A stretch of 64,000 nt of DNA from a virus, in the IMG/VR virus record IMGVR_UViG_3300030497_000008, positions 97,392 to 161,391 of that record. One strand, 5' to 3'. The notes under the pieces are model-generated. The model was not told where the DNA came from. It searched no databases and saw nothing but the letters and a program-made list of their open reading frames with translations. The position numbers and the translations under genes were made by a program. Each line of letters begins with the position of its first letter. The stretch's first letter is position 1. Below, one piece after another: positions 57,928-64,000 of this stretch.

Positions 57928-58458
57928 ATGATTATCAATTACAACGCAAAACACAAAGATGCTTGGGTAGAGTACACACCTTTTAAAAAGGTTCAGATGC
58001 AGGAGGATGCTACGGTTTTTATGTATCAAAATATAAAGGAGGAGATAATGAATGCAACAGGCATGCAGAAGTTAAAAAAGATAAAGCAAGCAAAGAAGAT
58101 AATCAGGATGTCACTGTCAATATTAGGAGCAAGCGCAGGTCTTTCGACGAGAGCCTTTGCAAGTGGAGTGACAGGGAACACACCTCTACTAAGTCCGTTC
58201 AGTCCTTCCGTAATGGTGGAGTACGGACTACAAGTAGCGTTCCTAGCGGTAGGGATAGCAGTCGCACTGAGCATTGTACTATTAGTAATAGCAGGAACAT
58301 TGAGAATGTTCAGAAAAAGCAACGAAGCCAACATGTGGACACAGGATATTATAAAGGGGATAACGCAAGTACTGATAAGCGTTCCGAGTATCTACATCAT
58401 ATACCGAGTAGCAAGTTACTTATTCAGAAATTTAAACTTCTTAAGTCTAGGCTTCTAA
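57928..58458 (+). CDS. pilin/VirB2-like membrane protein
   Basis: Basic N-region, AFA cleavage site, 2 TM helices; second strong RBS start at 58048. Confidence 0.55.
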   Translation: MIINYNAKHKDAWVEYTPFKKVQMQEDATVFMYQNIKEEIMNATGMQKLKKIKQAKKIIRMSLSILGASAGLSTRAFASGVTGNTPLLSPFSPSVMVEYGLQVAFLAVGIAVALSIVLLVIAGTLRMFRKSNEANMWTQDIIKGITQVLISVPSIYIIYRVASYLFRNLNFLSLGF

Positions 58459-59558
58459 AGATTGGAACAATACCAGCAGCAGTTATCTCAACGTTCTTCT
58501 TCACTTCTATAGGAGACAGAGCATACGCGGAAACGATTAGTAATGACTCATTCTTTGACAAAGGTAAGAGCATGTTCTCTGGGTTCATTAAAGATTCGTT
58601 CATGCCCTCTACACCAAACCCAATAAAAGAAGTTATGGATTGGTTCGGGGAGTTTGTGAATCTGATTAAGGATTTACCACACAATATTGTAAAGATGTCC
58701 GCAGAACTATTATCTTGGATATATGACTTATGTGCTGGGCTTATTCTTAAAACACCCTTGTTCTTATTCGATAATGAATGGTTCACAACGATGAGCTTAG
58801 GGTTCAGTGGCGTATCTGTAGGGATTGTAGTTGTACTTACTATTATAGAATGTATCAAGCGTATGTTATCTGGAGCAAATAAGAAGTTAAGACCGATGGA
58901 GTTTACAACAATCATGAAGCGTTGGTCTTTAGTAGCTGGTGTTACTTCCATTACACCTTTCTTATTCAAATCTGCTTTTAAGGTTTTGAATTTCATATCT
59001 GGTAAACTCACAAGCATGGGTAGCGAAATTATGACAGCTAGTGCCTTGACTACTACATTTAGTACGATTGATGTCATCACCTTGTTAGTATTCGATGCGA
59101 TACTGATTTCTACGGTAATCCCGATGCTATGGACAAATGGAAGAAGATTCTTTGACTTACTGGTACTAGGCGTAGTAGCTCCTGTCGCATTATCTTGTTG
59201 GGTATTTGATTCACATAGACATTTCTTCAATCAATGGTGGAGTAACGTAAAGCATTTATCTCTCGTGCAAGTCTACCATTCTCTGTTTCTATTAATAATC
59301 GGATTATTCATTTTTGGTATCCCATTCCCAGCAGACTTCACAGGCACAGTGGTTAAGTTGCTCGTTGTAATCGGAGGATTTGCTCGTATGCAGAACCCAC
59401 CTAAAATTATTGCAAATAAATTAGATAACGGAAAGGGATTAGACGAAGTGATGAAGAGTAATGTGAAAGAGACATCTAAAAAGTTAATTAAGAACTTTGC
59501 GATGTCAAAAGCTACAATTTTAAGTCCGCTAACGTTATTTAAGAAAATTAAAAAATAA
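58335..59558 (+). CDS. polytopic membrane protein, VirB6/TrbL-like (start uncertain)
   Basis: 6-7 TM helices; RFFDL...APVALSCW...FFNQWW resembles the VirB6 core. Confidence 0.6.
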   Translation: MDTGYYKGDNASTDKRSEYLHHIPSSKLLIQKFKLLKSRLLKIGTIPAAVISTFFFTSIGDRAYAETISNDSFFDKGKSMFSGFIKDSFMPSTPNPIKEVMDWFGEFVNLIKDLPHNIVKMSAELLSWIYDLCAGLILKTPLFLFDNEWFTTMSLGFSGVSVGIVVVLTIIECIKRMLSGANKKLRPMEFTTIMKRWSLVAGVTSITPFLFKSAFKVLNFISGKLTSMGSEIMTASALTTTFSTIDVITLLVFDAILISTVIPMLWTNGRRFFDLLVLGVVAPVALSCWVFDSHRHFFNQWWSNVKHLSLVQVYHSLFLLIIGLFIFGIPFPADFTGTVVKLLVVIGGFARMQNPPKIIANKLDNGKGLDEVMKSNVKETSKKLIKNFAMSKATILSPLTLFKKIKK

Positions 59559-59570
59559 GGAGAGGTTCTT

Positions 59571-59684
59571 ATGGGTATCACAACACTGATTTTACTGAAT
59601 ACAACGATGTTATTGGCAACTGCTGCTGTGAATGCTGTGCAATGTGTAATCATTATGAAGGAGTTGAAGCATCGTGAAGAATAG
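59571..59684 (+). CDS. 37-aa membrane peptide (not in track)
   Basis: AAGGAGAGG RBS; MGITTLILLN...; overlaps the FtsK start. Confidence 0.6.
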   Translation: MGITTLILLNTTMLLATAAVNAVQCVIIMKELKHREE

Positions 59685-61932
59685 AGGATATAGAAACATA
59701 TCGAATTACTTCTCTCAAGTAGAGGATGTACCAAAGGCACTCAACCATATCCTACAGACAGATACAGATGGTGTGTTCGGTTTAGAGGTAGAACTATTTA
59801 AAGGTGGGCGTAATATTACAGTTGTTACGCCTCCCCAGATTCGTTTTGATGAGACAAATGTTTTACCGTATCGTTTAACACTCCTGTCTAGGCGTACAGA
59901 CGACGTGTATGCTTATGAAGGTTATTTATCTAGACCGAGTTTCTTACCGTTGTATGGAGGTATGAAGGGCTTATTCTTAAAAGAATTGCTGGAGATACAA
60001 GTGAGGGATGATGAAGTTATAGAAATACAGTGGTTGTTCAAGAAATATGTGGATGATTGGTTGATGACATCTATTGATAGATATCGCAGTTACTTGGCTG
60101 GTAATGATTATCCTGCTGGAACGAAAATAGGGAGAAGGTTTCAAGATAAGATACTCCATACGATTAATAAATTGTCATCCTTTGATATGGCTCGAACATA
60201 TAGTGAGAAAGTGGAACAGAAGATTATCGGTAATGTGTTCAAATTTAAACTAGGAGTTACGATTCGTTCTAAAGAGCCTTCAACGCTCGTACAGCAGCTA
60301 GAAACGATATTCCGTAAATATGACTCACATAATTCATTAAGCCTCTACAAACGCAAGATAAAGGGCTTAAAAGATGAATATGAGGAAAGGCTTGTAATGA
60401 ATGGAGACAATGTACTAAGTGATGTGGAAATCGTATCCTTACTAGGAGGGAACGTAGTAGCTCCTCACAAAGAGTTGACTGTTGTTCCTGATAACACTGA
60501 ACAGGTTGTAGCAAAGAAAGGCACACCTAGTAAGAATATCGGAGGACTTGTTGAGGTGCTGCCTACATATCCACGAGAAGAAGTGAAAGTTGATGAGAAT
60601 ATTGTACCCGCTATAGCAGAAGCTATGAAGCGTGTAGGACTTATTAAACGAGCGCAGCTAACAAGTAGTTATATCACTTCGGGTGTGCGGTTAACTGTTG
60701 TTCAATGTGATATCCCTAAGAATAAGAATTTAAGTCATTTGCGCTCCAAGGCGACCGATATTCAAGCGGCTCTAGGTGTACCTTCCCTTAGTATAGAACA
60801 AGGAGACGAACCTGATACTGTTAAATTTACCCTTCCGAACGAAGAACCTTCTATTATAAGCTTACGGGAGTTATTAGAAGATGAACGATTTCAAGAATAT
60901 GCACTGGATAATGACCTCCCATTCGTTGTAGGTGTGAATGAAATTGATGAACCGATATACTTATCCCTTAGTAAGCTCGTGCATCTCATGATTGCGGGTA
61001 CAACTGGTTCTGGTAAATCAGTGTTCTTGAATGCTTTGATTGTTAGTTTAATGGCTTCTACGCCTCCAGAACTATTACAATTCTTTATGATTGACCCTAA
61101 GATGGTGGAGTTAGCTCACTATGAGGGTATGGCGCATGTGGCAAAAGTAATTACAAATATGGAGAAGGCAGGAGAAACCTTAAGCCGTTTAACAATAGAA
61201 ATGGATAACCGATACAAAGTATTCAAGGAGCAGGGAGTTAAGAATATCAAACTGTACAATGAAGTTGCAGAAGAGAAGATGCCATATCTCGTATGTGTGA
61301 TTGATGAGTATGCGGACTTATTCGATGTAAACTCAGCAGTAGAGACGTATGTGACTCGCTTAGGGCAGAAAGCTCGTGCAGCAGGAATTCATTTAGTTAT
61401 CGCTACCCAGAGACCAGACTCGAAGGTTATCAGTGGACGTATTAAAACAAATGTACAGAATGCCATCAGTTTCAATTTAAATAGTAATACGAACTATCGT
61501 ACGGTATTCGGGAAAGGGATTGACTACACGCTTATGGGGCGTGGGGATGGTGTCATGAAAATAGAAGGATACCCAAAGGAATTCCAAAGGTTTCAAAGTG
61601 CTATTGTATCTCCTAATGAATCTAAAGAAGGAGAAGTATTCCATACGATTAAAGAATACTTTGGTGAAGTAGCAGACCACGAAGAGCCAGATAATGACGA
61701 TGAGGCTACAGAGGATGAGCCATTAGTTAAATTGAAGAAGATTATCGCTCGTACAAGAGAAACAAAGGTTGGTAGATTGCGAGAGCTTATGGAGATTAAG
61801 GCAGAGGTATTGACTGAGCTGATGGGGCAGTTAGTGGAGGAAGGTTGGCTTATCAAGCATGCATCTAAGGCGAAAGGCTATGAGCTTATTATTCCAGATG
61901 AGATGTTAGATAAATATAAAGGAGATTGGTAA
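59674..61932 (+). CDS. FtsK/SpoIIIE-family DNA translocase
   Basis: HLMIAGTTGSGKS, IDPKMVEL, VIDEYADL, ARAAGIHLVIATQRP; C-terminal winged helix. Confidence 0.93.
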   Translation: MKNRGYRNISNYFSQVEDVPKALNHILQTDTDGVFGLEVELFKGGRNITVVTPPQIRFDETNVLPYRLTLLSRRTDDVYAYEGYLSRPSFLPLYGGMKGLFLKELLEIQVRDDEVIEIQWLFKKYVDDWLMTSIDRYRSYLAGNDYPAGTKIGRRFQDKILHTINKLSSFDMARTYSEKVEQKIIGNVFKFKLGVTIRSKEPSTLVQQLETIFRKYDSHNSLSLYKRKIKGLKDEYEERLVMNGDNVLSDVEIVSLLGGNVVAPHKELTVVPDNTEQVVAKKGTPSKNIGGLVEVLPTYPREEVKVDENIVPAIAEAMKRVGLIKRAQLTSSYITSGVRLTVVQCDIPKNKNLSHLRSKATDIQAALGVPSLSIEQGDEPDTVKFTLPNEEPSIISLRELLEDERFQEYALDNDLPFVVGVNEIDEPIYLSLSKLVHLMIAGTTGSGKSVFLNALIVSLMASTPPELLQFFMIDPKMVELAHYEGMAHVAKVITNMEKAGETLSRLTIEMDNRYKVFKEQGVKNIKLYNEVAEEKMPYLVCVIDEYADLFDVNSAVETYVTRLGQKARAAGIHLVIATQRPDSKVISGRIKTNVQNAISFNLNSNTNYRTVFGKGIDYTLMGRGDGVMKIEGYPKEFQRFQSAIVSPNESKEGEVFHTIKEYFGEVADHEEPDNDDEATEDEPLVKLKKIIARTRETKVGRLRELMEIKAEVLTELMGQLVEEGWLIKHASKAKGYELIIPDEMLDKYKGDW

Positions 61933-61948
61933 AAAAATAAAAAAGTGT

Positions 61949-61979
61949 TTTACTTTTAGTAAAAGTGTGATAGTATAAT
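61949..61979 (+). promoter_or_regulatory. sigma-A promoter with perfect palindrome
   Basis: TTTAC-TTTTA-GTAAA followed by TG-A-TAGTAT/TATAAT. Confidence 0.6.
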
Positions 61980-61992
61980 AGTAAGAAAACGA

Positions 61993-62018
61993 GGGAGGCT
62001 CTTCGGGGTTTCCTTTTT
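61993..62018 (+). terminator. UUCG-loop terminator-like hairpin
   Basis: GGAGGCTC-TTCG-GGGTTTCC followed by T run. Confidence 0.6.
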
Positions 62019-62034
62019 ATAAAATAAATAGGAG

Positions 62035-62517
62035 ATGATTGGAATGAAACTTCTAGAGAAACTGAAATGGAAAGGGAAAGTTGATACGACAAGGGTACTA
62101 ATCGCTGTTGGGGTTGCGTCTTCACTGTTCGTAGGGTATAAGTACTTAGTGCCACCGTCACCAGTAGATAATCCTACAATACATCAATCTGTGTCTAAAT
62201 TGGATTTAAACCAGATTACGGATTTTGAGAAGTTGTTGAATGACGCTACATCACAAGATAGTATGGAGTATCTTAATGCGCGATGGACTGTAATGGACGA
62301 TAAGACGCTTGTAGTGTACTTAGATATTAAGTCAATTCAGAACTACAATAGGTTTAGCGAGAAACAGGCTTATACGTTCGCTCAGGGCTTTGGAGATAAT
62401 CTGCAAGCATTCCTTCAAGAGTTTAATAATACCTTCTACAACGGACGTGCAGCTAAGGGAGAACTCGTGTTAATCGTTAAAGATTACGAAGGAAAAGAAA
62501 TTACAAGAATTTATTAA
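62035..62517 (+). CDS. membrane-anchored hypothetical protein
   Basis: Single N-terminal TM helix. Confidence 0.7.
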   Translation: MIGMKLLEKLKWKGKVDTTRVLIAVGVASSLFVGYKYLVPPSPVDNPTIHQSVSKLDLNQITDFEKLLNDATSQDSMEYLNARWTVMDDKTLVVYLDIKSIQNYNRFSEKQAYTFAQGFGDNLQAFLQEFNNTFYNGRAAKGELVLIVKDYEGKEITRIY

Positions 62518-62524
62518 AAAGTAC

Positions 62525-62553
62525 TTTACAGAAAGTAAAATAGATGATAAGAT
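62525..62553 (+). promoter_or_regulatory. sigma-A promoter with perfect palindrome
   Basis: TTTACA-N17-TAAGAT; TTTAC-AGAAA-GTAAA. Confidence 0.7.
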
Positions 62554-62593
62554 AAAGACAAGTTAAAGGAAGTTAAATCTTAACAAGAGGTGA

Positions 62594-62914
62594 TTGAATA
62601 TGGGAAACAAATCGTATTTAGTAGTAGGTAAACGTGGTTCTCACGCAAATGAGCATCGTGAAACTTTATATGTAGGTAATGATAGCGAAAAGGCTAAATC
62701 ATTTACTGTCGATGAGACCTTGCACGTATTAGAAATGGAAGTGTGGGGAGAAGGAATTAAACTCCAAAAGTACGTAAAGAAAGACATCCATACATGGGAA
62801 TTAGTACTTGACAGGCTAGGTAATTTACAAAGAGAACTAACAGAAAAGAAGGAAGAATTGAATAAGCTAGAAGAAGAAATCACTAAGATACAATCAATAG
62901 TTGAAGAGGAGTGA
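62594..62914 (+). CDS. hypothetical protein with C-terminal coiled coil
   Basis: GAGGTGA RBS. Confidence 0.7.
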   Translation: MNMGNKSYLVVGKRGSHANEHRETLYVGNDSEKAKSFTVDETLHVLEMEVWGEGIKLQKYVKKDIHTWELVLDRLGNLQRELTEKKEELNKLEEEITKIQSIVEEE

Positions 62915-62920
62915 AGGGGT

Positions 62921-63322
62921 ATGGCGTACGATTATGAAAGTAATGATGGTCTTTGTAAAAGTAACAATAAAACATTTGTTGATAACTGGAACAGTATTGG
63001 CGTTAAGATGGAAGAGGATAAAAGGAAATGGGTAGCTGCATTACGTGAGCAGGGAGTTAAGGCTGCACATCCTGACGATGGGTGGGTAAATCGTGAAAAG
63101 AATAATGTCTTCTTCTGTTACCCGCAGTTCAATGATTATCCCAAAGTTGGAGATACAATCGCGCTAGGATGGGCTGATAAATGGAGGCTAGTTAAGGTAA
63201 CTGAGATAATCCCATGTCACTTTGGAACAGATGTACGATATGCGTTTGAGCTAATTGTTGAACCAGAAGAGAAGAAGTTAAGATGGTGGGAAAGACTATT
63301 ACGATTCGGTAACGATAAATAG
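62921..63322 (+). CDS. conserved phage protein
   Basis: GVKAAHPDDGWV motif. Confidence 0.7.
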   Translation: MAYDYESNDGLCKSNNKTFVDNWNSIGVKMEEDKRKWVAALREQGVKAAHPDDGWVNREKNNVFFCYPQFNDYPKVGDTIALGWADKWRLVKVTEIIPCHFGTDVRYAFELIVEPEEKKLRWWERLLRFGNDK

Positions 63323-63336
63323 GGAGGTAAACTTGT

Positions 63337-63768
63337 ATGAGTTCGAAAGTAATATTTGTTGAGTACATAGGGGATATATATCAGTTGCAGCGTAAAGTAG
63401 TTATGGATGGTTCTTTTTACTTTGTAAGCTTAAACGGGGAGCTTAGATGTACAAGAGACATAAGCAAACCATTCCCTGTATCAAAGTTACCTAGAGGTGC
63501 TAAAAAGCTTGAGTCAGAGGATGTTGAAGTAGGAGCTACTGTGTTAAGTAAATTAATCAAAACACAGAATGAGCTACAAGACAAGATAGCGAGTCTAGAA
63601 AACGCGTCTCGTGAAATAGGAAAAGATATATTCGAAATGTTCAAGAATCTCCCAGAAGAAGAAATCCATACTTACTATCGTATGATGAACAAAGAGAACG
63701 AGAGCTATATACGATTCGAGATTTTCAAAGAATTCGTACTACACAATAAATCTAATGGAGGCAACTAA
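63337..63768 (+). CDS. hypothetical protein
   Basis: GGAGGT RBS. Confidence 0.7.
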   Translation: MSSKVIFVEYIGDIYQLQRKVVMDGSFYFVSLNGELRCTRDISKPFPVSKLPRGAKKLESEDVEVGATVLSKLIKTQNELQDKIASLENASREIGKDIFEMFKNLPEEEIHTYYRMMNKENESYIRFEIFKEFVLHNKSNGGN

Positions 63769-63769
63769 A

Positions 63770-64000
63770 ATGAGTAAGACATTCGAAGTATATGATGACT
63801 TAGTAGCGATTGATGTGAGGGAAGTCATACGAACGTGTATTGGTACTGAAAGGAATATTGCGAATTACAGGTACGCAAAGGTTATTGAGAAATCCACATC
63901 AGAGACGACACCACATAGAACCCGATACGGTATAACTTTCAATTGTGGTACGAATGTGTGGAATGTTCCAGAGGAGGAGATGCAAGACCTATTCAATGTA
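63770..64000 (+). CDS. hypothetical protein (partial)
   Basis: GGAGG RBS; open to the window end. Confidence 0.55.
   Translation, partial: MSKTFEVYDDLVAIDVREVIRTCIGTERNIANYRYAKVIEKSTSETTPHRTRYGITFNCGTNVWNVPEEEMQDLFNV

Noticed and set aside
58424-59230. 268-aa minus-strand ORF
   Set aside because: Lies entirely antisense to the VirB6-like gene, with no RBS or recognisable motifs; a shadow frame.
602-63644. Other minus-strand ORFs in the track
   Set aside because: They overlap well-supported + strand genes and have Ser/Leu/Phe-rich shadow composition.
1-64000. tRNA or rRNA genes, integrase, relaxase, VirB4
   Set aside because: No cloverleaf-like intergenic sequence or matching motifs were seen by eye; tRNAscan and HMM searches were not run.

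Overview
This 64-kb window is AT-rich, gene-dense and almost entirely + strand coding. It comes from a large lytic Bacillus myophage; gene content and order match Herelleviridae (SPO1/Twort/Bastille-like). It holds the replication, recombination and nucleotide-metabolism block: DnaB-like helicase, SbcD/SbcC nuclease, gp67-like anti-sigma factor, primase, dUTPase, resolvase, ribonucleotide reductase with flavodoxin and thioredoxin, HU/IHF-like protein, family A DNA polymerase, UvsY-like protein, SSB, RecA and a late sigma factor. It also holds a holin, an HNH-AP2 endonuclease, a SigF/G-like sigma factor, an Apyc1-like metallo-beta-lactamase and many small accessory genes. The most striking region is 56.0-61.9 kb, which reads as a candidate phage DNA segregation/translocation machine. 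It contains a ParM-like actin, a ParR-like adaptor, centromere-like 12-bp repeats, an unannotated antisense gene with a forespore-type promoter, pilin-like and VirB6-like membrane proteins joined by an in-phase -1 slippery site, and an FtsK/SpoIIIE motor with no membrane anchor. Separately, a 15-bp palindrome (TTKAC/TATAC-N5-GTAAA) recurs 13 times at 12 sigma-A promoters, suggesting a phage regulon. No tRNA, rRNA, CRISPR array, intron or intein was seen. All family calls come from motifs read by eye and recalled knowledge; no searches were run.
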